A stretch of 18,043 nucleotides of DNA, taken from NCBI GenBank assembly GCA_024626585.2, contig JANKJI020000004.1, forward strand, positions 93,203,084 through 93,221,126, in the 5' to 3' direction. Positions 1 through 11,347 of this stretch are shown here, piece after piece. The DNA comes from Ginkgo biloba. Lineage: Eukaryota; Plantae; Ginkgophyta. The translations under genes were made by a program, and so were the position numbers. The notes under the pieces were generated by a model. It saw nothing but the letters and a program-made list of their open reading frames with translations, was not told the origin of the DNA and made no database searches. Every line of letters starts with the position of its first letter. The stretch's first letter is position 1.

Positions 1-50
1 ATCTGGGTAAATTTAAAAAAAAAAAATGTCTTTTTATTTGTTTATTTTTT

Positions 51-208
51 GGGTCCCGCTTGGGGACGGCCGCAGCTCCTTGGGGGGATGGGGGGACGGT
101 ACCTGGGAACGGTCGGGTACGGCCCGACTGTCCCAGGTATTGGATGTAGCCACACCTGCGTCTCGTGTGCGGGTCCCCTGCCGGATGGGGACGCACCCGG
201 CTACATAG
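51..208. mobile_element. Terminal/subterminal region of a GC-rich non-autonomous DNA transposon (hAT/MITE-like), ending ...GCACCCGGCTACATAG
   Basis: GC-rich island with repeated GGGGAC/GTCCC motifs in an AT-rich background. Its reverse complement aligns with 17903-18043, including an exact 13-mer GCCGTACCCGACC (111-123 on -, 17990-18002 on +). The hAT assignment is inferred from terminus style. Confidence 0.65.
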
Positions 209-694
209 AATAAAGCCCTTTTCAAATGTGGACAAAAATCTTGGATAGAAGGTGGAAGTATATACTCTTTGAATGAGAACTATACTTCAATTAACTCCCT
301 TAGTACACCTTAAGAAGAAGAAGAGAAAAGAGCCCTTGAAGATGAGCAAGCAGAGGATAATGTGGATACTAATTCGATGATAATTTATGAATTAAGAATG
401 TATTTGGGCTCCTTATTTAATAATTTATATTAAAAATTTCAAACCATGGCTAGGCTTGTTTATTGATGTGTGGGCAAGATGATTGCTTTCCAAGGATCAA
501 AACAAGTCGCCATGCAATAAAGGCCCACAATTTTGCGAACATACACTTTTCTTTTTCATTTTTTAATGATTTCATTATTGGAGAAACCCCCATAGTGATT
601 TTGTGAATCATTGCGGGTTTAGCCCACGATGATTTACCGAATTGCTGTGGCATTCTTCAAATTCCAAAAATAAGTCTGATGACCTCGAACATTG
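209..694 (+). mobile_element. Possible 3' end of a decayed hAT element (acidic transposase C-terminal tail, AT-rich 3' region, terminus ...CGAACATTG)
   Basis: Acidic stretch EEEEKRALEDEQAEDNVDTNS at about 314-376, then AT-rich sequence ending in AACATTG (reverse complement CAATGTT, a common hAT TIR start). No catalytic motif is visible. Confidence 0.3.
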
Positions 695-894
695 GTACAA
701 CGTTTCATCTTTTTGACTCTTATTCTTGATATTTATATTATTAACTTATCTTCACATGCAAGGAACTTGTATCTTCTAAGATGCAATTTTTAGTGATAAC
801 ATGTATGCACTCAAAGCTGCCTTGTATTAATATAATGCATTCATTTGGATATTTGCATTACTTGATGGATATTTTAGTCACACTTGTTAATTTC

Positions 895-1465
895 CTAAGG
901 TACTTTGTATATTCATAACAGAGTACCCAAAATACCTTATAATTCACTGTGTGTCCTCATCTCTGTACTTGTCTGGCAGAAAAGAAATTTAACCCAAACA
1001 AGAGCCTTCACTGTTCCCAGGTTCAACGGGGTGATGTGTGGATACCAGGATTGAAAGGCCATCCCCTGCTTTTGAAGAACCTCGATTTATCTGATTTTAT
1101 CTTCTTACAATCATCCTTCCTCACGAAAGAGACGTGAAAAAAGTTATTGCCTTTGATTCCATGGATAGGGCCCTGATACTTAGAGAATTATGTTGCCTCA
1201 AAGCATATTTCATTGGGTGGGAAATCTGAACTGGGGTTTGAGTATTGCTTGTGCAGTTAGCTATTTAGCCATCAAATCTACAATTATGAAGAGCAGAAGA
1301 TCGTATTATGAACTTCATTTTTCCTCCTAAATCTTAAGGCCTATTACAAGGCCTTGTAGTGGAATCTCAAGAGCAGAGGTTTACCAATTCTTAACTCCAT
1401 TCTCCCTTTAGCCCACCAATAACATTAGTCACTTCCTCAGTCCATTCTGGATTTAGTTTAGGTGC
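895..1465 (-). mobile_element. L1-type LINE ORF1 remnant (DUF4283-like), frameshifted
   Basis: Manual minus-strand translation with two frameshifts: GIKGNNFFHVSFVRKDDCKKIKSDKSRFFKSRG..FQSWYPHITPLNLGTVKALVWVKF.LPDKYRDEDTQ*II. This fits the plant L1 ORF1 pattern (FF.V.F...D....W.P......VWV.F..LP..Y). Confidence 0.65.
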
Positions 1466-1579
1466 NNNNNNNNNNNNNNNNNNNNNNNNNNNNNNNNNNN
1501 NNTTCCTTAAAACTGTCTATATAATTCAATGGAATTGTTTTTGTCTCCATTTTCTTTTAACTCTCATTTATGTTTTTAG

Positions 1580-1650
1580 GCACAATCAATATACACCCTA
1601 GCTTGTTGCCATTATATAGGGGAGCTGCTCCAGTTCAAAGAGCATTGCAG
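1580..1650 (+). CDS. FMT: Internal exon (71 nt, phase 1 to phase 0) of organellar methionyl-tRNA formyltransferase
   Basis: Pyrimidine-rich acceptor tttatgtttttAG (AG at 1578-1579) and donor CAG|GTTAGA (GT at 1651). The frame is stop-free: (G)[23 protein letters not shown]. NxHPSLLPxYRGAAP is the FMT signature and, from memory, nearly identical to the plant plastid/mitochondrial FMT segment [24 protein letters not shown]. It is too short for the ORF track. Confidence 0.92.
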
Positions 1651-1849
1651 GTTAGAAATGGCTACTTTACAATGGTGTACTGCATGAAACATGGTATTGT
1701 CTTTTAATGCACTAAAAAATGGATTGAATTTTTTCTTAATAAGTAACTCATTGAAGAATGGAAGTTTTAGTATTCTTAAAAGAATTATAAGAGAAAGAAA
1801 AGTCTTCGTAGAAAAGTTATTCTAGCAAAAGTAATACAAAACCCTATCT

Positions 1850-2200
1850 CTAGACCATACATACTAAATATATGAATGTAATGATTTCCATATTACACCT
1901 AATATTTGTTATGAGTTATCCTTTCTTATATTATGACCTATAATCATTAGATGTTATTTCCCATTTTGAAAGAATCTTATGAAAGATGGAATTTAATGGT
2001 AAATATAATCATATCATAATGAGAATCTCTTAAGAAGTTCAAAGGTTTAATCTCTAGTTTTATTTACGATCTCATGATTGTTGGTTCCTATGGAAAATAA
2101 TAACAAATCTATAATATATATCTTTACCTCCTAGATAGTTTCATACCTCTTATAGCATTAGGAAGGTAAAAACATAATCATGGACTAATTCTTTAATATG
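1850..2200 (+). mobile_element. Highly decayed L1 ORF2 endonuclease fragment
   Basis: Traces in the expected order of LNIY, W.NN....I...LD(S/R)F (about 2090-2143) and (D/N)H..I (about 2176-2190), with many stops and frameshifts. Confidence 0.3.
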
Positions 2201-2219
2201 TTTCTAGTAGGAATACTTT

Positions 2220-2287
2220 AATAGGGTACTAGATTAAATATGGGAGTTATAATTTTACATTGGTAGAAAAATAGGGTACTAGATTAA
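2220..2287. repeat. 18-bp perfect direct repeat AATAGGGTACTAGATTAA (2220-2237 and 2270-2287)
   Basis: Read directly from the sequence. Confidence 0.85.
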
Positions 2288-4279
2288 TTTTTCTCTAAAA
2301 CATGGGATATATGNNNNNNNNNNNNNNNNNNNNNNNNNNNNNNNNNNNNNNNNNNNNNNNNNNNNNNNNNNNNNNNNNNNNNNNNNNNNNNNNNNNNNNN
2401 NNNNNNNNNNNNNTCCAGTCAAAGCAGAGGATAAGGCCGATGCCGAAAGGTCTTCTGGTGTCATGGGAGGGATTCCAGGTGAGTGAATACACGTACGTGT
2501 TTTCCTGTAAATGGAAGAGTGATCAAGCAACTCCAGAAATTTGAACAATCTAGTTATAGTGATTCCCAAAACTGGAGATTTTAGAGCAGAATCTAAGTAG
2601 GAAAATAACTAAATGACAAGCATATTTATGTGACTAGTACCTGCTTCAATGTTCAAATTGATTAGCTTGGTATATTTTTTCCAACTAAAAAAGTTATGTG
2701 AACAAAACACTTGCCTAAGTTCTCTATGGAAGAAACGTTCATTATCATTTACTAATAACATTCATGTTTATGTGATTATACCTGGTAAGTTCTTCAATTT
2801 GATCTCAATTTGGCAAATCTTAACCCAAAAAGATAATTCTATAAACAAATGCTTGCCTGAGTTCAAAATGGAAGAAAAAAATTCAGATCTGCAAAGATTA
2901 TCTCCTCGATGCATTTTCCTCGCAACAGGGCAATGAAAACTACAACATAGTGAAGAAAATTCCAATGGAATCATTTTGCTAGTCCATCTGAAGTCATTTC
3001 TTGCCACAGTACTGAATTGCAGAATCAATTTTTATCGATAGCAAGTGTTCAGCACTCAATGTCCACAGTATCCACACCCCCCCCTCTCATAGAATAACAC
3101 AACAGAACAGATTTCTATGTTCTCTAGCCGGACACTCATAAAAATTCAATGATTTGCATCATATTTATTAACTCGATTGTTTTTTAGTAGGCCAAATCAT
3201 TAGGATAATAGACAGCAATGGTGCGACATGGCATCAGGACCTTGCACATGAATGGTTGCAAACTGATGTGGAAGTGATGTCACCAGGTCACGTTGGCTGA
3301 TTTCTGCAGCAATGTTAGAAGCCAATCTTGCCTACAATCTCATGTAATAGATTTACTTTTGCACATACACACTCATCACCATGCATACACATCATCATAA
3401 TCGTTACACATCCAAGCATAGAACAATGGACAAGAATTGTCCATATTATTATTATGACAACAGAACCCAAACTACCTCTCACATAATCTGAATTCCCTAC
3501 TTCAGTTCTCTCATCGTTTACATACATGACAATATATTTATACAATAAATCGGTTGAACATTCTAACAGCTAAGTAGCTAACTCTTATAATTCTTAACTA
3601 TTGATTAACCACTTATGTTCTGCAGTTATGATCTGGATCGTAAATACAATATATATACAATCAGTCAATGCTGAAAACACCTATTCCCCCATTATACGCG
3701 AGTGTTCTAACTCAGATGAGAGTACATAAAGAGGTTAATGCTAATGCCTCAAATTGCTGACAAACGAAAGCTACAATCTTTGAAATTGACTTCAATCTGC
3801 TATCACAATCTGACCAAAACTCAATTGCGATCCAAAATCAGGTACCATCTGTTTGGCACGANNNNNNNNNNNNNNNNNNNNNNNNNNNNNNNNNNNNNNT
3901 GTGCTTTCTCTATACTATTCATGAGTTTGCTACAATACTTTTTTAATTATAGCTAAATAATTTTCCACATTGTTTAATATTGTCTTCCTTGTCTGAACAC
4001 TTTGCCAATTTCCACCCAAGTGTGGAAGAATGATTACTGGCACATCCTAAATTTGTCCAATCCATCTGCCTTCAAGGCTGTACTACATTCACAGAATGTT
4101 TTTTCAAATATTCCCCTAAAAACTTTATACATACACAAAACTATGTCTGAGAAGGTCGCAGCTCAGGTTAAGATGGGATTACAATATTGTGTGGTGTTGG
4201 CAAATTATGGAATTGGAGGATTTGAGCTAGCTAGTACGTCCTTAGACATGAAGTCTGGGTTTGATGCTTAAAATTCATT

Positions 4280-4594
4280 GCAACCATTTGGTACTGTAGA
4301 CACTCAGTTTCTTTATATTTGTCAATGGCTTCAATCTCCACTCTCTAATATTATTTCTCATCCATCTTGGATAGGCTAAAATGGCTCCCCTAACTCTTCA
4401 TCATGATTAGTGTTAATAAAGTTTTATATCCCCCAAATGGATTTCATCATCATCTATAAATGAAAACCTTGAGTTTTAACCTTTTAAAGTAATAAGAAGT
4501 TTAGGATACTAACCAAGCATAGAAATAATGACTTAAGAATTTATCTTATATGGGCCAAAGATATCCCTCTAAATTTCCAAGAAAATAAGAACAT
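4280..4594 (-). mobile_element. L1 LINE ORF2 N-terminus (APE endonuclease), decayed
   Basis: From the ATG at 4594: MFLFSWKFRGISLAHIR*ILKSLF...FLLL*KVK, resembling consensus M.I.SWN.RG...LQETK. LSVY lies further downstream at about 4296-4307. Confidence 0.5.
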
Positions 4595-5379
4595 CTAGAT
4601 TCATATGGATTCTATTGAGTAGGTAATAATTTTCATACAACCTTTTTCTACATAGTGGAAGATCTATCTCTAAGGAGAATTTTTATGATCCCCCAAGAGA
4701 TCAAATCTATTTTGAATTAGTGGAAATATATTAAGATTCAGGTCTTCAGCCAACCTTTTTAGACTCTCTTTTTTTTCTCATTAGCATAAACTATAGCTCA
4801 ATCACCTTTATCTTTAATTCCAAGGAGTAAATATTATGCCTCCCCCCCTTTTTTTTTATTGGATATGTGTTGTATAGTTTGCATGTTTTACACCAATGTA
4901 GATGTTACACCCCTATAAACTATACAACCCACCACAATAGGGGGTTCCGAAGGGCCCGGATAAATTTTTTAGGCCATTATAGAGACCCATGGTTTTGCAT
5001 CCACAGTTTTGTATTATCACTTGGTAGTTTTTTGCATTAGTATGTTTATAAATACTCGTGTATCATAGAGGTGAGTATNNNNNNNNNNNNNNNNNNNNNN
5101 NNNNNNNNNNNNNNNNNNNNNNNNNNNNNNNNNNNNNNNNNNNNNNNNNNNNNNNNNNNNNNNNNNNNNNNNNNNNNNTAAAGAACTATATTTTCTTTGT
5201 ATTTCTTTACTCTTCTCCATACTTTGAATGTTTAGATATAGGCTAGATTGGATGCTCATGCTTTAGACACTGGACTTCTTACAACAAAATGCAACAAATT
5301 TAGAAAAAATAGATGGCAGCTTTGGTGCTTTAGGAGGTGGAGGTGGTGCTTGGGACAATTAGTTATGCCTCCACCGCCT

Positions 5380-6040
5380 ACAAATAGTCACAATGTCTTC
5401 AACTTCGTCATCCATTGAGGGCGAACAGGACAGAATAGAGACAACAACTTCCACTAATGGTATTGAGGTGGGTGGGGCAGTAAAAATTGTGGTTAGGTAG
5501 GCAGCAATATGACAATAAACGGGGTGGAATGAGCTGAAGTGGCAGCCACAATACAGGCCTCTTCATTACCACACTACTAAGTGAAACTACTTTCCTCTTG
5601 TGTTTTATTGCCCATGAAGTCTTGCAACCAAAGATTGAAAAGTCGTGAAAGAGAAGCAGATAATACATCTTTTGGAACAACTTCAGACATTAACCACAGT
5701 AACAATGGTTGGGTGCCAGCCGGATATTGTGAAATGGCATGCAAATAATCACAAACGACCAGAGCAATTAGAATTGACAAACCATAAAAGAAAAAACCTT
5801 TCATAGCCTTGTGAATATCAATAAACTGTGTGCACTCCATCGGCCAAAATTACAGCCTAGTTGTACACAGTGCCCTTCTACAATGCTTCCATATTAGAAG
5901 TCCTTGTAATAGGAAAATATATATATATATATACTTTCGAAATAGAAACATGAGGGTAACCATAAAATGAGTGAGCCACTGCAGTACAAAATCGTTATCT
6001 TGGTTGACCAATATTCCACTTGACGTGGCCACTTCCACTG
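5380..6040 (-). mobile_element. Probable L1 ORF1 remnant (DUF4283-like), possibly the same element as 4280-4594
   Basis: FWP...IDIHKAMKGFFFYG...DYL......GTQPLLLWL resembles plant L1 ORF1. Strand and order (ORF1 upstream of ORF2) are consistent with the 4594 ORF2 start. Confidence 0.4.
5917..5933. repeat. (AT)8 microsatellite
   Basis: Read directly. Confidence 0.85.
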
Positions 6041-6362
6041 AAGTGCACAGCAGTTGAGAAACCTCAACCCTTGATAACTTCTAATTCATATCTACTGGTT
6101 CACTTTCATTAGGCAAATGAGTTAATTTGGACACATCTATAGTCAAAATATCAATTAACTCAAGAACATCTATAAGCATGCAAGTCATGCGCTTGGCGAA
6201 GAGGAGGTCGACTAGTAGTGGTGACAATACTAACGAGGGATTAAATCCAAATTGAATTGTTGNNNNNNNNNNNNNNNNNNNNNNNNNNNNNNNNNNNNNN
6301 NNNNNNNNNNNNNNNNNNNNNNNNNNNNNNNNNNNNNNNNNNNNNNNNNNNNNNNNNNNNNN

Positions 6363-6796
6363 TGATATGGGATCCCGACTTGACTCTCAAACAAATTACA
6401 AATGATTGTCTGTATTTATTTTCTTACAATAACTCCTTATTGGCTACATTGTGGTAATTATTTGTAAAGGTTTCCTTTTTAAATTATAAGGATAGGTGGG
6501 CAAACCTTACGACTTTGGAACTACCACATCTATCTTGAATCATGGCTATTATGAAGCCACTTCATCGTCTAGTGGATTACATCCTAAGAAGAACCTTATT
6601 TCATGTGTTGCCAATTTTTTCCTTAACTCAAATAGAGAAGTTCCAATGTGCCAAAGAAAAACTAGGCCTATGATCACATGCAACACTTTGTATCGTTACA
6701 TGGAATCTTAGATGCATCTCTCACCAATGATATGGGATCCTAGCTTGACTCTCACACAAATTACAAATGATTGTCTGTATTTATTTTCTTACAATA
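6363..6796. repeat. 69-bp direct repeat pair (6363-6431 and 6728-6796; 4 mismatches)
   Basis: TGATATGGGATCC....TTGACTCTCA.ACAAATTACAAATGATTGTCTGTATTTATTTTCTTACAATA occurs twice. The first copy abuts a gap. Confidence 0.9.
6490..6710 (+). mobile_element. Possible decayed Ty3/gypsy integrase C-terminal core fragment
   Basis: SILNHGYYEATSSSSGLHP resembles the integrase motif LP..(Q/E)..YN.A.HSSTG.SPF. Confidence 0.3.
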
Positions 6797-7094
6797 TGAT
6801 TGGACAGTTAGAGACATAACCCCTAAATTAATCATTCCATAAACCTTATCATTATGTGGCTAATCCAACTAGCAATTGCACGTGTGATAAATATAATAAA
6901 AATATGACATATTTCTTTCACATAAACCAATTAGTCCAATTATCATGCATATATCTACTCACCACCCTCTTCCTAGTTTCCCACTTATATGTGTTATTGT
7001 TGATTAGAGAGGCTAATCTTAACAAGATCGATATAATCCATTACAATCCACCATCAAAATTGGTACGATTAGTGACAATCAATTATGATCCAAG

Positions 7095-8083
7095 CTACAA
7101 ATATCCCAAGCACTTAACCATCCTACTGTCCTCTAATCTAGATTGTGAATGCAAATGTTGGAGTGGATGATGATCTAAATGAATGATAATTTTCTTCCTA
7201 AGGAAATAATATTTCTAATTCTTTAAAGCTTGGACTATAGCATATGTCTCCTTATAGTAGGTACTATATTTATGAACTATCTCTAAAAATGACTCTGAAT
7301 GATAGGAAACTAGTTTGTTATTGAGTCAATACTACTCCAAGTGCATGTCCCGGTGCATCTTCCTCCACCTCAAAAGGAAATTATAGATTCAGCATGGCTA
7401 ATACTAGTGTTGTGCAAAGTTGATGCTTAACAAAATAAAAATCATCCTAATAGTCTGCAACCCATACAAATTCCTTCTCAGCCTTTGTGATCCAATGTAA
7501 TGAATGGGTAATGTCAAAAAATCCTCCCACAAACTTTCTATAGAAGTTGACTAGCACTAAGAAACTCCTCAACTCATGGATATGGGTTGGTCTCCCCTAA
7601 TCCCTCAAGACCTTAATCTTGTCTAGATCCACTCGAGAACCATGCTCCTCAATAATGAATGCCAAGTAAGAAAAATCACGCATTGCGAAGTTGCACTTCT
7701 CCATGTTAGCTTGTAAATCATGAGCCCTCAACTTCTGTAGAACCTACTCTATATACCCCATATGCTCCTCCTAAGTCTGACTAAAAATAAAGATGTAATA
7801 TAAATACATAATGAAAAAGGAATCTAGTAAATGATGCAATACATCATTCATGAGTATGGTTGGTGCATTAGTTATCCCAAAAGGCATGACTAACCACTCA
7901 TAAAGACCTTGCTTTATCTCGAAGGTTGTCTTCCATGTTTTCTCTTCCTTGATTCTCACCTAGTGATATCCCACTTTTAAATCTATATCAGAGAATAATT
8001 TAGCACCCTACAGTTGATCCAATAAATAATCTATCTATGGTAGAGGATAACAATTATTCACTATAATCTTATTGATGGAACGA
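7095..8083 (-). mobile_element. Ty3/gypsy LTR retrotransposon pol remnant (reverse transcriptase + RNase H), inactive
   Basis: YPLP*IDYLLDQL*GAKLFSDIDLKSGYH*VRI...WKTTF...GLYEWLVMPFGITNAP...YLYYIFIFS...EKCNFA...LRSFLVLVNFYRKF...FEVEEDA....LGVVLTQ...YSTYYKETYAIVQAL...DHHPL. It has many stops, and the catalytic YLDD reads YLYY (7795-7806). Confidence 0.95.
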
Positions 8084-9152
8084 NNNNNNNNNNNNNNNNN
8101 NNNNNNNNNNNNNNNNNNNNNNNNNNNNNNNNNNNNNNNNNNNNNNNNNNNNNNNNNNNNNNNNNNNNNNNNNNNNNNNNNNNTAGTTATGTGGTTTCTG
8201 GTTGAAAACCTAGGTCTATGTCAATAATCCTAGATCGAAAACGCTACTAGTTTCATGGCTACATTTACAAACAATGAATGTGCGCCTACAACAACAACTA
8301 TGCCCTAGTGACTACACTAATAGCCATTAGACCTGTAGCTACATCCATAGCGATAGTCGATAGAAATCAGCATAGGTATCCACCTGATTGCAATTAGCAA
8401 GTAGCCATTATCAATATTTCTAATCACATCCATGAAAGGACCATTTAATGCCTAAAAGAGAGGCGCCTCAGATCAAGGCTTCCAAAAATCCCTTGGAAGT
8501 TCTTAGCTTGAAGCCTTAACAACCCTAGGTCAAGTTGCTAAGCTTTCTACAATTAGAGTAGGGAATAATTTCAAAGTTATAGAACAATAAGCATGCTAAA
8601 ATTTAAATATATTACTATGTCACCATGGTGACCAAACAGACCACAAAACCCTTATGACTAAGGGCACCCTATTCTTAGGGTTTTAATCTATACATTTGTT
8701 AGGTTTATAATCCTACAAATAGAAATCTAACTTTGTTCTAGTATTGTAGAAGACAATCCACATAGTGATTCTAGAAATGTAGAGTAAAGAGGTTTGAGTG
8801 AGAATTACTTACAGAAATAGGGTTTTACTTGGAGAGTTGAAGCAAGGATAATTTCTTAGAATGCAAAAAAGTTGTAGGACATCACAAAATGGGCCTCAAA
8901 GTACAACTATCGACCTGTAATCAAATTTTGGGTGCTCTACTGGTTTAGTAAGGGTTCCTTGACCCTCCAAAAGTGTTGTGACTTGCGTATGGGGTTCGTT
9001 GGGCCTCCTTGAGCCTTGAAATCAAGTTTTGTGTGGTTCAATGAAGTCGACCTCTAGCGGAGAAAGAGATTTGAGCACTTTATATGGACAGAAAGATGTA
9101 GAGACACCATCTAGCTATACATAAAAGCAACAATGCCCTGTACTAGTAACTC

Positions 9153-9153
<1 letters not shown>

Positions 9154-9182
<29 letters not shown>
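9154..9182. repeat. (AG)14 microsatellite
   Basis: Read directly. Confidence 0.95.
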
Positions 9183-9185
<3 letters not shown>

Positions 9186-10779
9186 GCAACCTCTAAGCAA
9201 AAAACAATCCAAAGAAACAAGATGCCTTGGCAGAAGAAAATTATAAACAACTTAAGGGGCCATCCAAGCCAAAAATTACCCCTTATATAACATATGAAAG
9301 GCACATTCCATGACATAAGGTCTTGGTTCCTCCTTGAAATTGCCTTAGTGCATTCATTGGCAACTTCTCATAAATGCACAACCCTTTGAAGNNNNNNNNN
9401 NNNNNNNNNNNNNNNNNNNNNNNNNNNNNNNNNNNNNNNNNNNNNNNNNNNNNNNNNNNNNNNNNNNNNNNNNNNNNNNNNNNNNNNNNNNGGTCCACAA
9501 GTTTTCTTTTGCTTTCTCGTTTGTCAAGTTGTATGATTTGATTCCTATGTTTTTGCCTCTACTTTCTTGCTTATCTTTCTCAATTCCAATTTTGAAGTTT
9601 GATGAAATTCAATTGATAAACTTTACAATGTTCATTGTTTGAATTTGAATTCCATCTTTGTTGTTCTTATTGTAAGCATTGCTTTCATTTTTCATTTTGA
9701 ATATAAAAGTAGGCTTAAGTTTGTTTTTGCATTTTCATTTCTACTTTGGCTTCCATCTTCGTTTTCTTGCATTTTAGTCACTCTTTAGTCGTGAATTGGA
9801 TTCCCAAAATATTTAATTAACAAACTTCGTAATTGCATCCTTTTATTTTGCCAGTCAGGATTTTTTGAGCCAAGTTAGACTTTAATTTATCAACATCAAA
9901 TTCATATCCAACTCCGTAATTTTGGATCATTCCTTGCATTTGTTTTATTTTGAAACTTTTCTTATCTACTAACTCATGCCAGGGAAGGGTAAGATAACTA
10001 ATTAGTGGCAGGCAGGTGAGTATTGTGGATGCAAGAATTGGTGATTTGTTATTGCAAATAAGCTATCCAAAAAGGGCAAATTTGAAAAAAAAGAAAGGAA
10101 AAGGCACATAGCCCAAAAATTTGCACCTTCCTTTATTTAACATCTTTTACTTGCATTTTCTCTTTTCTTTGTGGCATAGAACCTTGGCTTGCTCAAAACC
10201 GAGCTAGTTAGCAATTAATCAAAGATATAAAAGAAACATTTAGAATGAATTCTTTGCTAACAACATTTTAGTTGACAAGCAATTGCAAATGATGTGAATG
10301 CAATGATCAACCCTAGGTGACAAAGTTGCTTTCTGTCACTTGCAATTGTTTGTTGATTGTTTTGTCACAAAGTTGATCAACTCTCATGAAAGCAAGTCTA
10401 GTTTGAGTCTCCTACTAAGCTTCATTTATGTGAACTTAGAGTTCAACTTTGCTATAGCGAGGTATTTATTTAGTATCCTTTGCAAGCTTGACCCTTATTG
10501 GGTAAGCCTTCTAGTTTGTAGAAGGAAAGGATCCAAATTGTTTAATCTTCTAGTTTGCTTGTTTTCTCTTATTAGCATGATTCTTTGTCCCTCTAATAAA
10601 ATACATAAAGAAAGGAAAGAAAGAAACTCCAAATAGAAAAAGGGACAATAAGGAAAATTCAAGATCATAATTTGTCAAAAGCAACTCCAGTCCCATTTCA
10701 CCTGACTGTCCATTCCCCTAGGGTGTGGGATTGGGAATTGGTTAGGCCCCAGGTGGTAGTCATAGACTCCTAACCCTTT

Positions 10780-11330
10780 CAAAATTCAATGGTATAGATC
10801 TCATCTCTTCCCAAGTTTCAATCAAAGCCTATATCTTATCTTCAATTTTTTTGGACTTGATTCCACTACTCTCTTGTTGGTCCCTTGAGAGCAACTATCA
10901 CCATAGTCACCTAGCTTTCATCATCTTTATCAAAGGATTTGGAAACTTTCTCTATGGTCCTAATCCATGCTCGAAAGGAGGATCTAGTCCCTCATCCATC
11001 AACATCTACCATCTAAGTATTCTTCAATTGCTTGATAGTTTTAAGCAATTTCCATTCCGCTTAGCCTTTTTATGCTTTAGTTCTTCTTGTGACTTTTATG
11101 AGGTGTCTTGCATCTCCTCATCATTAGATCCAAAGTTATCTTTTTCTTTCTGACCATGGGTCCTTAGTCTATGTAGGGCTATCAAACTTCTCCCTCTCTC
11201 TCTTTTTCATTTGTGAAAACAAGGTTCTCTATTTTCTTTTGTTGTTCTTCAAGATTTTTCGTACGCTTGCCCATATTTATCAACATTCTTAATATCTCAG
11301 ACTTCATACTTCAATGTAGGGCAATCTTAC
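10780..11330 (-). mobile_element. LTR retrotransposon gag remnant and 5' leader
   Basis: Minus strand reads FRAWIRTIEKVSKSFDKDDES*VTMVIVALKGPTRE*WNQVQK...IETWEEMR, matching the retrotransposon gag pattern W...E..F......KV......L.G.A..WW......TWEEM. Confidence 0.7.
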
Positions 11331-11334
11331 CCCC

Positions 11335-11346
11335 ACTTTGATGCCA
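11335..11346 (-). promoter_or_regulatory. Degenerate tRNA-iMet primer-binding site of the gag-containing element
   Basis: Minus strand TGGCATCAAAGT versus canonical TGGTATCAGAGC (3 transitions), positioned between the putative LTR and gag. Confidence 0.6.
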
Positions 11347-11347
11347 C

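Noticed and set aside
949-1137. Plus-strand ORF with a CAG acceptor at about 977-979 as a further FMT exon
   Set aside because: No frame resembles FMT, and the minus strand matches L1 ORF1.
1580-1650. Alternative identity as PurN/PurU or another formyltransferase
   Set aside because: [11 protein letters not shown] after HPSLLP is characteristic of FMT; PurN and PurU differ at these positions.
2900-3861. Possible minus-strand LTR/leader with a PBS-like TGGTACCTGA near 3838-3847
   Set aside because: The PBS match is poor, with no paired LTR or adjacent gag, so it cannot be supported without a repeat search.
7795-7806. RT catalytic motif reading YLYY as a novel RT variant
   Set aside because: The surrounding frame has many stops, so this is neutral decay of YLDD.
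8184-10640. LTR/UTR-like non-coding retroelement sequence
   Set aside because: Probably transposon-derived, but there are no definable boundaries or motifs to support a feature call.
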